A stretch of 23,448 nucleotides of DNA, from positions 1-23,448 of the forward strand of contig JBAXWY010000047.1 of NCBI GenBank assembly GCA_037128175.1. Direction: 5' to 3'. The DNA is from Methanothrix sp. (GTDB lineage: Archaea; Halobacteriota; Methanosarcinia; Methanotrichales; Methanotrichaceae). The notes under the pieces are model-generated. The model saw only the letters and a program-made list of their open reading frames with translations, did no database searches and was not told the DNA's origin. A program made the translations under genes and the position numbers. Of the stretch, positions 7,968-16,671 are shown in pieces; the first letter of the stretch is position 1; each line of letters begins with the position of its first letter.

Positions 7968-9622
7968 GACTATGCATTGTTGGCATTGGCGGAGCCGGTG
8001 GAAAAATAACCCAGGAGTTTTTGGGAAATGAGGATCTGGATTTCAGGCTTCTCTCTCACATAACAGGAGCTGAGTATCTTTCTCCCGGCAAGATGCAGGG
8101 AATATGGCTGGAAGCTGATAAGAATGATGCTAAGAATATCCAGCATTTCTTCGGGGACATGGAGGAAGGATGCTATCCCTGCTTTTACATCCCTCATGAC
8201 GCGGTGGCTGATGGCTGTGCGGTTCATGTCGCTGTCAAGGAAAAATATGGATATGATGTAAAGAAGCAAGGCTTTGTTAGAGATGCCCAGTATCTTAAGG
8301 CCGTATTTGAAATCTTTGATACGGATAAAGAGATCCAGGCCCTCGTTGCCCAAACCATGAATAAAGAGATGGTTGAATCAATGGGTGGAAATGCCAACCA
8401 GGCCCCCAATCCCATATTCGACAGTGCCTGGAACGCCATAAGAGACTTCACAACTCTGGGAAAAGGAGAGTGCGATGGCATCCTCTTTGTGGTCTCCTTT
8501 GGCGGAGGAACAGGAACTGGATTTATTAATCCTATTATTAACCATATCAGAAATGAAGGCAAGGCGGATTACCCTGTTTTTGCACTGGGCATATTGACCG
8601 AACCTGGTGACTATGCAGACAAGGCTCAGTTTTCAAAGAGCGCAAGAAGGAACCTGGCGGCGATAAGCGCCATTTACGATCTTCTCACCAAGGGTGGCGG
8701 GGCCAATGGGGTCATCATCGTCGATAATGAGATTCTATTGGAAAGATATGGAAATGATTACGTTGCAGCCAACAAATTCATTCATAAGATGATGCAGCCC
8801 CTTGTGGCGGCACGTGACTATCCCGGAGAGATCCCCCCCAGCCAGGCTGTAGCTCAGCACTCATCCGGCGGCCTCTCCCGGCCACCTATATTTGTGCCCC
8901 TCTTCGCATCTCTGCCGAGGTGCGCCGATCCTGAGGAGGCCCTTATCAAGAAAGCGCTGAGCGACGAGGGAAAGCTCTTTGGCTGCTCTCCGGAAAAGGC
9001 GGACTTTGCCATGGTCTTCTGTCGAGGTTTCATAGATTCGGAGAAGATAAGAGAGATTCTCTCCAGGGAGACGGGCATCGCGCCGGAAAGCATATGGCCG
9101 TCCAGGAAGATGGGTGAGGGAAATAATGAGATATTGATTCTGCTGAGAAATCCCTATGGGGGCGATCCCAAGGCCTACCTGAAGGTGGGCACGCTGGAAA
9201 ATAGATTTTGCATGGTGATCTCTCAGGCTTTGCAGTACATGAGCCAGCAGCCGGAAGATCTGTTTTATGAAGGCAAACAAGCAGAAAAGGGCAAAAAAGA
9301 TGGTAAGCCGGCCGAGCAGGTCAGGCTGACGGAGGCCTCCAAGGAGGCTCTTAAGATGTTCTTCTTTGGGCCGGAGGGAATGGGCAAAGACGGTTTTGGC
9401 AATACGAGCGGTTTTGCCTTTGAGCTGAAGGAAGCTAGAAGAAGGCTGAGGGACGGAGAGAAGCCCTTCTTCCACAATCCGTTGAGGATATTTTATAAGG
9501 AAGCCAAGACGGAAGGTGATTTCAAAAGCAAGGGCCCCGAACCGGATAAGGATGATATCGCCAGAGCTGTCGATAAGAGGATTAGAGAGCTGATCGAACA
9601 GGGACTGCTAAAGGGGCCGTGA
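7964..9622 (+). CDS. Divergent tubulin/FtsZ superfamily GTPase (CetZ/FtsZ-like), 552 aa
   Basis: N-terminal IVGIGGAGGKI (T1), tubulin signature SFGGGTGTG (GGGTGTG at 8501-8521), ALGILTEP (T5 region) and IIVDNE (T6). Confidence 0.9.
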   Translation: MRLCIVGIGGAGGKITQEFLGNEDLDFRLLSHITGAEYLSPGKMQGIWLEADKNDAKNIQHFFGDMEEGCYPCFYIPHDAVADGCAVHVAVKEKYGYDVKKQGFVRDAQYLKAVFEIFDTDKEIQALVAQTMNKEMVESMGGNANQAPNPIFDSAWNAIRDFTTLGKGECDGILFVVSFGGGTGTGFINPIINHIRNEGKADYPVFALGILTEPGDYADKAQFSKSARRNLAAISAIYDLLTKGGGANGVIIVDNEILLERYGNDYVAANKFIHKMMQPLVAARDYPGEIPPSQAVAQHSSGGLSRPPIFVPLFASLPRCADPEEALIKKALSDEGKLFGCSPEKADFAMVFCRGFIDSEKIREILSRETGIAPESIWPSRKMGEGNNEILILLRNPYGGDPKAYLKVGTLENRFCMVISQALQYMSQQPEDLFYEGKQAEKGKKDGKPAEQVRLTEASKEALKMFFFGPEGMGKDGFGNTSGFAFELKEARRRLRDGEKPFFHNPLRIFYKEAKTEGDFKSKGPEPDKDDIARAVDKRIRELIEQGLLKGP

Positions 9623-9672
9623 GGGTAGAAGATTTGGACGAGGCCGAAGTCTTAAGGCCTCGTCTTCCATCA

Positions 9673-9687
9673 TTCCTTCTTTTTTTT
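9673..9687 (+). terminator. Putative oligo-T terminator ending the tubulin operon
   Basis: Pyrimidine tract ending in T8 (9680-9687), about 55 nt after the stop codon at 9622. Confidence 0.5.
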
Positions 9688-9918
9688 GAATATTTTCGCC
9701 CAAAAACAATAAATATGATCATCACATCCATATACCTGTTAATGTTTCTATGCTGTGGGTGCAAGAGGCCGGAAGCAGGCGCAATTTTTCTATGGTCTTA
9801 TCGATCTTTGGCCGAACTGGATTCACAAGGTCCCTAAATGAGTTCTCAGGCCAATTAAAGACAAGCTCTAAATATTTAGCCGATGAAAAGAGCAGATGAT
9901 ATTTCGGGGGTTAAAATC

Positions 9919-10485
9919 ATGCAGAGTGAGTTCAAGAATTTCGCATTATTGGTATTGGCGGCAATGGCGGTTTTTGGGACGGCAAGCATTGCCCAATCCC
10001 TGGATTGGAACAGCTACAGTCTGGAGCATGCCGTAGGCTCAGGAGATGATGATTGGTGGACTACATATCCCGACCAGCATGAAAACTCCGGCTCGGCGGT
10101 AAAACATCCGGACTGGGTTCTGAAGGCTCTCAAGGAGAAGCCTCTGATCATCCTGATTCATAGCAGCAACTGCGTGCCCTGCCTGACCCAGATGCCAAGA
10201 ATTAAAGCGGCTGCAGAGAGCTTTAGCGGCGATCTCGAATACTACGATATTCTGGCGGAAGGAAGCGGCTACGATAAGGCCATTGGCATCCTGGATGTCT
10301 ATAATCCGGCAGGTGGAGCCCAGTATGTTCCAACGACAATCTTCATCACCCTCGCCAAAGGCCCGGATGGGACCGTGGATGTAGCCTGGCATAGTGAAAT
10401 TGATGCCATGAGCCCGGAAAGGATTGATGCTTATGTGAAGGACTCCATCTACTACTACAAGCAGAATAGTGCCGCCTGGATCTGA
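9919..10485 (+). CDS. Exported thioredoxin-fold protein (ORF open from 9883, ATG 9919 preferred)
   Basis: Signal-like segment FALLVLAAMAVFGTASIA, CxxC motif CVPC after a hydrophobic strand, and cis-Pro motif YVPT. A G-rich RBS-like stretch precedes 9919 and an AT-rich TATA-like box lies at 9868-9879. Confidence 0.8.
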   Translation: MQSEFKNFALLVLAAMAVFGTASIAQSLDWNSYSLEHAVGSGDDDWWTTYPDQHENSGSAVKHPDWVLKALKEKPLIILIHSSNCVPCLTQMPRIKAAAESFSGDLEYYDILAEGSGYDKAIGILDVYNPAGGAQYVPTTIFITLAKGPDGTVDVAWHSEIDAMSPERIDAYVKDSIYYYKQNSAAWI

Positions 10486-11893
10486 GAGTGATACTATAAT
10501 TGCCAAACCTAGCAAAAAGAAGCTGCATTCAGCAGCTTTTATCCTCCTTTTCGCCCTGGCTTGCCTTTCTGTCTTTTCCAGCCCCGTCTTTGCAGCCGAT
10601 GCCATAAAGGCCCCACAGTTCACGGCAACAGGAGTGGACGGCAAGAACTTCTCTCTTTCCGATTTTTTGGGTGCGCCCCTTATCCTGCATATCACCAACA
10701 TCGAGATTCCGCTCTGCGTGGAATGTGAAGAGTCCCTGAAGGGACAGGTAGAGGAGCTGGCAAAGCTCAAGGCCTTGCACCCCGCCGTCCAGATAGTCAC
10801 AATAAACATGCGGAAGAATTCCTACTCGCGTGACGGCAAATCTCTGGCTGAGAAGTGGTGGAAGGTCAATATCACCTGGCCCTGGGCTGAGGATATTGAG
10901 CCTTACAATATCGCCCGAAAATATCTCGACTACTGGAATGTGAGGGGCGGCTCTTCCAACCCCACTCTCCTACTGATCGACAAAGAGGGCAATATCGCCG
11001 CAGTCTATCACGTCTACCGGGTGGGCGAAGGCGTGTTGGAGGGCGTGCAGAGCGCCGAGAAGCTCTACCAGAAGCTGCAAGATGTGGGCGGAGGAGAGTG
11101 GAAGGGCCTGGAGGGAGAGGTCTTCCGGCAAGAGGTGTCGGCATTCGGCATGTTCTTGCTGGGCATACTGACATCGCTTGCCCCCTGCTCCATTGCTCTT
11201 ATGATCGCCGTATTCTCCTATGTCATGACCATAAGAAAGAAGGATGAATATCTGAGAAAGAGCGTCTCCACCTCAAGAGAGGGCTTCATGATAGGCATTG
11301 CCTTCACATTGGGTATGGGCGCCGTCTTCTTTGTGCTGGGGCTGTTCATCTCTCAGGTGGGCCTGTTCATAAGAGACTCCAGGGTCTTCGACCTGATGGC
11401 CGGCCTGATCATGATCACGCTTGGCATCAGCAACATCAAGCCCCTGGATGAGATCCTGGAGCCCGTGACCTCTCGAATCAGGCGCTATCGAGGAGAAGGA
11501 GAGTACTGTGATACCCACAAAAGCCTGCTGCAAAGGTCGGTTGAGGCCTCCATTTCGCTATTCAAGCACTCCTCTTTCATTGGCGCCTTCACGCTCGGCA
11601 TATTCTTTGCCCTGGGCTGGGCACCCTGTGCTCTCTCCATGGTTCTGCCGGTATTGATCTGGCTGGCCTCGCAAAATATCACCCCCCTGGCGGGAGGCAT
11701 GATGCTCTTCATCTTCGGAATTGGCCACGGCGTGCCCATCATTCCCATTGCCACCTTCTCTCGGGCGGTGGGGGGAAGGATCGGAGAGAAATATGTCTCC
11801 ATCGGGGCCTGGACCACCAAATTCTTCGGGCTGCTGGTGATAGTGGTGGGCGTGGTGTACGCAGCGAGGTATGCCGGGTTCTTGCTGTGGTGA
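10469..11893 (+). CDS. TlpA/redoxin domain fused to a CcdA/DsbD-beta transmembrane domain (start codon uncertain)
   Basis: Signal-like segment, APQFTATGVDGKNFSLSDF, CVEC and PTLLLIDKEGNI, followed by about 6 TM helices carrying the two PC motifs (SLAPCS, GWAPCA) typical of CcdA/DsbD. Confidence 0.88.
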   Translation: MPPGSESDTIIAKPSKKKLHSAAFILLFALACLSVFSSPVFAADAIKAPQFTATGVDGKNFSLSDFLGAPLILHITNIEIPLCVECEESLKGQVEELAKLKALHPAVQIVTINMRKNSYSRDGKSLAEKWWKVNITWPWAEDIEPYNIARKYLDYWNVRGGSSNPTLLLIDKEGNIAAVYHVYRVGEGVLEGVQSAEKLYQKLQDVGGGEWKGLEGEVFRQEVSAFGMFLLGILTSLAPCSIALMIAVFSYVMTIRKKDEYLRKSVSTSREGFMIGIAFTLGMGAVFFVLGLFISQVGLFIRDSRVFDLMAGLIMITLGISNIKPLDEILEPVTSRIRRYRGEGEYCDTHKSLLQRSVEASISLFKHSSFIGAFTLGIFFALGWAPCALSMVLPVLIWLASQNITPLAGGMMLFIFGIGHGVPIIPIATFSRAVGGRIGEKYVSIGAWTTKFFGLLVIVVGVVYAARYAGFLLW

Positions 11894-11979
11894 GAAATCT
11901 CGTTACTGGTACTGGCAAATCGGAAGACTGCTTTGCCAGCCACCAGTTTCACGCGAAGGCGCGAAGTCAAAACATTGGT

Positions 11980-12207
11980 TTATTTCGGCTCTGAAATCCA
12001 ACGCAGACAATCCCTTTTGTGATGAGCACCTGCAATAAACGGAAGCGCACCGCAGAACTTACAGGGGTATTTGCGACTCAGTTCAGATTCATAAGCCATC
12101 TGCGATTGATATCTACGACAATCTTCTTTGTGATGTGGCCCCTCTGAGATTGGCCAAACACCACAATACTTGCAAGAGTCATCATATTGGAACGGATTCG
12201 CCTGCAT
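11980..12207 (-). CDS. Small protein with a duplicated Cys/His metal-binding motif
   Basis: CKYCGVWPISEGPHHKEDCRRY and CKFCGALPFIAGAHHKRDCLRW, 37 aa apart. Conservation at the protein level supports coding. Confidence 0.75.
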   Translation of the reverse strand: MQANPFQYDDSCKYCGVWPISEGPHHKEDCRRYQSQMAYESELSRKYPCKFCGALPFIAGAHHKRDCLRWISEPK

Positions 12208-12426
12208 TGAAATTTCCTCCGATTGAAGTACTGCAATTTTCTTGATATAGATGTTTCTGTGTGCTTAATTGTAGTCGAAAGGTTTGGAGAATATCAGATC
12301 TGATAAATGGGAAGCCGACCGGGCAGATGGCGACGGCAGGGAGGCTGCCCAAAGGGCCCGGCCCACATGCGGGCGAGCTAACGAGCACAGCCGGGACCGG
12401 GCAGCGCGGGAGTGCGGTCGAGAGAT

Positions 12427-15192
12427 CTAAATGGTTTTCTTTGTCGTTCGTTTCCGAAGCCACGCTTTTCGGAACTCGTCCGCCAGCAGAAGCGACGGCG
12501 TCCAGGCAAAGAGGAAAATCCAATTGCTGAGGGGAAAAGCGGTCGTCCCAAAAGCCCACTGGAGCTGGGGGGCGTAGATTATGGCGCAAACTATTATCAG
12601 CTCTACAGCTATTCCTACCCAGATGAGTGGATTGGAAAACATCCCGACTTTAAGAAAAGACCGAACTTCAGTCCTCTGGGCAAATAGGTTGCCTATCTGA
12701 GTGGTTACGATGGCCGCCAGGGTCATGGATGTTGCAGCCAGGTAAAGCTGGCCGCTGGCAGGCAGGTCCAAAAACTGGCCCCAGTAGCCGTTAGTCCAGA
12801 ACATGAAGTAAAAGGCAGACATGGCAGCCAGGCTCTGTATTGTTCCCAGGAATAGGTAGGATCTGGCCAGCATGCGGGCAGTTATGATGTGTTCTTGTCG
12901 GCCTCGGGGCGGACTATTCATCAGGCCGGGCTCGGGAAGCTCGGCACCCAAGGCCAGTGCGGGTATGATATCTGTGCCCAGGTCCACGGACAGGATCTGC
13001 ATGACGTTTAGAGCCAAAGGTATTCGCCCGCCGCTGAAGGCATACAGGATAAATGGCACTGCTTCTGGAGTATTGCTGGTGAATATATAAGAGGTGAATC
13101 TCTTGATATTGGCATAGACAGCCCTGCCTTCCTCTACGGCGTTTACGATGGACGCAAAGTTGTCGTCCGTCAGAATCATATCTGCAGCTTCTTTGGCAAC
13201 GTCCGTCCCGCTTCCCATGGCAACTCCAATGTCCGCCTTCCGAAGGGCAGGAGCATCGTTAACTCCATCTCCCGTGACTGCCACTACCTGTCCCAATTCT
13301 TGCAGAACCCTGACCACCCGAAGCTTATGCTCGGCAGTGACTCTGGCCAGTATCAACTCGCCTGCCAGGCATTCTTTCAAGGCCGGGTCACTCATGGCAT
13401 CCAGATCCTGGCCGGTCAAGACCAGTGGATTGGATTTGACGATGCCTATGCGCCGGGCTATGCTTTCTGCAGTCAGTCCATAGTCGCCGGTGATCATGAT
13501 GATCCGAATTCCAGCGGTGTGGCACTTTTCTACAGCATCCTTCACCTCAGGCCGGGGTGGATCCATCATGGCCGCCAGGCCAAGGAAGGTCAGATCCTTT
13601 TCTACAGCCTCAGCAGTCCGATTATTCTCCTCTGGAAGACCACTAAGAAAACGCATGGCCACAGCCAGGACCCTCAGCCCGCTTTTTGCAAGCTCATCGT
13701 TCGCTGCCAGTATCCTGGCCTGGCTGGCATCATCCAGTTGAATTCGGACACCTTTTGTCAACGTGTATTTGCACAGCTTTAGAGTCTCCACCAGGGAGCC
13801 TTTGGTATAGGCCACAAGGTCATTATTCAGGCCACCATTTGGGCCATCTTTTAGCCGATGAACTGTGGTCATGCGCTTACGCAAAGGATCGAAGTGCAGC
13901 TCGAAAAGCCGGGGAGACCCTAGCGCCTGCTCATGAATATCTATCCCGGCCTTAGCTGCTGCCACTAAAAGCGCTGCCTCGGTAGGATCTCCCAGGACAA
14001 CCCACTGGCCGGACTTCAGTTCCAGGCGGGCATTGTTGCACAGCCCTGCTGCCACTAGCAAATAATGCAGCTCACTCTTCACAGTCTCGGATCCGATTAT
14101 CTCTCCTTCCGATGTGTATCCGGTGCCGGTAACCGCGATCCTTACTCCATCCACCCATAGATCGCTGACGGTCATCTGGTTCTGAGTTAAGGTTCCCGTT
14201 TTATCTGTGCAGATTACTGTGGTCGAGCCTAAAGTCTCTACCACGGAGAGCTTCTTGATCAGAGCGTTCCTTTTTGCCATGCGTTGAACACCCAAGGCCA
14301 GGGCCAGGGTGACTGTGGGAAGCAGCCCCTCCGGTACAAAGGCCACGATCATGCCTATCGCAAAGATGAAACCATCGGCAGTTCTCATTCCTGCCATCAG
14401 AACTGCCACTAAAAAGAACACCAGGCCGATGCCAACTGCGATCAGGGTAACCATCCGGGTTACTCTTTCCATCTCCTTTTGCAGAGGGCTCAGCTCCCGG
14501 CCCATTGTCTGGGTCAGGGAAGCTATATTGCCAAATTCGGTCTGCATGCCCGTGGCAAAGACCACCGCCACTGCAGAGCCGCCGGTCACACTGGTTCCGG
14601 CGAATACAATGTTCGATGATTCAGCCGCTGCGCCGTTCGATGAGGATTTCCGGACCGGTCTGGACTCGCCGGTCAGAGTGGACTGATCTATGCGAAGATC
14701 ACTGTCCCGGATGAGACGAGCGTCTGCGGAGACGCGATCGCCCTCTTCTATGATGATGAGATCCCCCGGCACCAGCTCCTCTGCCAGTATTTGATGTTCC
14801 TGGCCGCTTCGCAGAACCCTGGAATAGGCGGGCAGCATACTGGCCAGGGCCAGTGTGGCCTTCTCCGCTTTGCGCTCCTGCCAGTAGCTGAAAATACCGT
14901 TGATCAGATTGACCAGCCAAACGGCTATGCCAAGCTGGGGCAGCCCTGCTACAAACGCTATCAGGCCCGCGGCCCAGAGCAGCAGAGCCATGAGATGAGT
15001 GAAGTTGGCAGCCAGGGCCGCAAAGCGATTCTCCGGGATCCTGGTGATGGCATTTCTTCCGTAATGTGCCAGCCTCTTTTGGGCTTCTTCTTGGCGGAGT
15101 CCCTCTGGCCCGGTTTCCAGTGTCCCGTAGACTTCCGGCTGAGACAACATCTGCATCTTCTTTCTTGTGCTGTCGGAAGTCAGTTGAGCCAT
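12427..15192 (-). CDS. Cation-transporting P-type ATPase, type II (Na,K-ATPase/P2C-like motifs)
   Basis: Motifs TGES, VPEGL, DKTGTLT, GDPTE, DPPR, MITGD, TGDGVNDAPAL, FTSNTPE and ILSVDLGTD. Confidence 0.96.
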   Translation of the reverse strand: MAQLTSDSTRKKMQMLSQPEVYGTLETGPEGLRQEEAQKRLAHYGRNAITRIPENRFAALAANFTHLMALLLWAAGLIAFVAGLPQLGIAVWLVNLINGIFSYWQERKAEKATLALASMLPAYSRVLRSGQEHQILAEELVPGDLIIIEEGDRVSADARLIRDSDLRIDQSTLTGESRPVRKSSSNGAAAESSNIVFAGTSVTGGSAVAVVFATGMQTEFGNIASLTQTMGRELSPLQKEMERVTRMVTLIAVGIGLVFFLVAVLMAGMRTADGFIFAIGMIVAFVPEGLLPTVTLALALGVQRMAKRNALIKKLSVVETLGSTTVICTDKTGTLTQNQMTVSDLWVDGVRIAVTGTGYTSEGEIIGSETVKSELHYLLVAAGLCNNARLELKSGQWVVLGDPTEAALLVAAAKAGIDIHEQALGSPRLFELHFDPLRKRMTTVHRLKDGPNGGLNNDLVAYTKGSLVETLKLCKYTLTKGVRIQLDDASQARILAANDELAKSGLRVLAVAMRFLSGLPEENNRTAEAVEKDLTFLGLAAMMDPPRPEVKDAVEKCHTAGIRIIMITGDYGLTAESIARRIGIVKSNPLVLTGQDLDAMSDPALKECLAGELILARVTAEHKLRVVRVLQELGQVVAVTGDGVNDAPALRKADIGVAMGSGTDVAKEAADMILTDDNFASIVNAVEEGRAVYANIKRFTSYIFTSNTPEAVPFILYAFSGGRIPLALNVMQILSVDLGTDIIPALALGAELPEPGLMNSPPRGRQEHIITARMLARSYLFLGTIQSLAAMSAFYFMFWTNGYWGQFLDLPASGQLYLAATSMTLAAIVTTQIGNLFAQRTEVRSFLKVGMFSNPLIWVGIAVELIIVCAIIYAPQLQWAFGTTAFPLSNWIFLFAWTPSLLLADEFRKAWLRKRTTKKTI

Positions 15193-15223
15193 AACGTAAT
15201 TAATTTAAAAAAATATTTTGGGT

Positions 15224-16669
15224 TTACTTCCTCGCCGACATCTCCAGCACCCGTGCCGCCTGCGCTCCTGCCTCCAGAATATCCAGGTTCTTGGTTATGA
15301 GCTTGGGCTTCTTGGCAAAGGTGACACGGAAAGCGTTCCCGTAAGCCTCATGGGGCAGGCCCAGATTCCCTGCCTGCATCAAGGCCCCGAACATGGCCGT
15401 ATTGGCCGCCTGCGCGGCTCCCCGCTCCGTGGCGATTCCCGTGGCCGGGACGGATATGGCTCTCACGCCCTCCGGTGCCTGGAATTGTCCGGCTAAGGAG
15501 TCGTAGAGAATCACCCCGCCCTTCTTGACGGTGGGCGCAAACTTCTCCAGAGACGGGCGGTTGAAGGCCACCAGCACATCGGGATGGTCCACCACCGGCG
15601 AGCCGATGGGCTGGCCGGAAATGATCACAGTACAATTCGAGGTTCCGCCTCTCTGCTCCGGGCCGTAGTCCGGATAATATGAAACATAGCGCCCGCTGCC
15701 AAAGCCCGCCTGGGCCAGGGTCAGGCCCATGCTCAGCACCCCCTGTCCACCAAAGCCGGCTATCTTCACGCCCTTGGCCACAAACTCCGGGTCATCCTGG
15801 AACTGAATGCATATCCCGCTCTCGCAGCCGAAGATCTTATCCAGTGCTCCTTGGGAAAAGTCGCTCTCGGGCCTGGTTATGGGCGCCGCTTCGGCGGACT
15901 TGTCGCGGAATCGCTTTAATGGAAACTCCTTTTCCATCTGCTCATTGATGAACCTGGTAATGGCCTTTGCATCCATCCTCAGGATAGTAGGACAGGGGGA
16001 AAGCAACTCCACGAAGGCGTAGCCTTTTTTGTCCCTCTGAATCTCCAGAGCCTTCTTTACTGCCCGGCGCGCTTTTCTGACATGCTCGATGTCTGAAAGC
16101 GATGCCCGCTCTATGAATACCGGCGCTTTTAGCGTATCCAGCAGTTCGCAGATGTGGATGGGATAGCCCTGCTCCTCTGCATTGCGCCCGCCCGGCGTTG
16201 TGGCTGTGACCTCTCCAATCAGGGTAGTAGGCGCCATCTGGCCACCGGTCATGCCGTAGACGCTGTTGTTGACGAAGAATACTGCCAGCTTCTCGCCCCG
16301 GTTGGCGGCCTGGATGGTCTCGTTCAGGCCAATGGAAGCCAGATCGCCGTCTCCCTGATAGGAGATGACGACGGCGTTGTCCTCGGCCCGGGATATGCCT
16401 GTGGCGACTGCCGGAGCGCGCCCATGAGCGGCCTGCACATGACCGCTGTCCAGATAGTAGTAAGCGAAAACAGCGCAGCCTACCGGACTGATCACGACGC
16501 ACCGATCCTGGATGCCTAGATCTGCCATGGCCTCGCCTATGAGCTTATGCAAAATGCCGTGTCCACAGCCGGCACAGTAATGGGTGGCAGTGATAGCAGT
16601 TCCGCCTTTCCTGGGAAACTGTGCATAAATGCCCGGATGCCCGCCGATCACTTTTTCAATTGCTGCCAT
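15224..16669 (-). CDS. vorA: 2-oxoacid:ferredoxin oxidoreductase fused beta+gamma subunit (2-ketoisovalerate oxidoreductase VorA-like)
   Basis: Beta motifs [21 protein letters not shown] (TPP), YGMTGGQ and LSPCP; gamma motifs AGFGGQG and [10 protein letters not shown]. Confidence 0.88.
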   Translation of the reverse strand: MAAIEKVIGGHPGIYAQFPRKGGTAITATHYCAGCGHGILHKLIGEAMADLGIQDRCVVISPVGCAVFAYYYLDSGHVQAAHGRAPAVATGISRAEDNAVVISYQGDGDLASIGLNETIQAANRGEKLAVFFVNNSVYGMTGGQMAPTTLIGEVTATTPGGRNAEEQGYPIHICELLDTLKAPVFIERASLSDIEHVRKARRAVKKALEIQRDKKGYAFVELLSPCPTILRMDAKAITRFINEQMEKEFPLKRFRDKSAEAAPITRPESDFSQGALDKIFGCESGICIQFQDDPEFVAKGVKIAGFGGQGVLSMGLTLAQAGFGSGRYVSYYPDYGPEQRGGTSNCTVIISGQPIGSPVVDHPDVLVAFNRPSLEKFAPTVKKGGVILYDSLAGQFQAPEGVRAISVPATGIATERGAAQAANTAMFGALMQAGNLGLPHEAYGNAFRVTFAKKPKLITKNLDILEAGAQAARVLEMSARK

Positions 16670-16671
16670 TT

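Noticed and set aside
7964-9622. Calling the GTPase canonical ftsZ or cetZ
   Set aside because: It lacks the FtsZ GGNA, NTD, GAG and NxDxxD motifs, is far longer and has a different gene context, so no gene symbol was given.
9619-9837. 72-aa ORF overlapping the tubulin stop (GTGA) as a fifth operon gene
   Set aside because: It runs through a T8 terminator-like tract and AT-rich intergenic-looking sequence and has no recognisable motif. Not fully excluded.
10039-10809. 256-aa minus-strand ORF
   Set aside because: Antisense shadow of two motif-supported genes.
12308-12422. Known riboswitch or ribozyme (fluoride, yybP-ykoY, twister, HDV), tRNA or SRP RNA
   Set aside because: The consensus elements could not be matched by eye; kept only as an unassigned structured candidate.
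12182-12687. ORFs 12182-12589 (-), 12261-12530 (+) and 12412-12687 (+) as an explanation for the GC-rich island
   Set aside because: They overlap the ATPase 3' end, have unconvincing composition and show no motifs.
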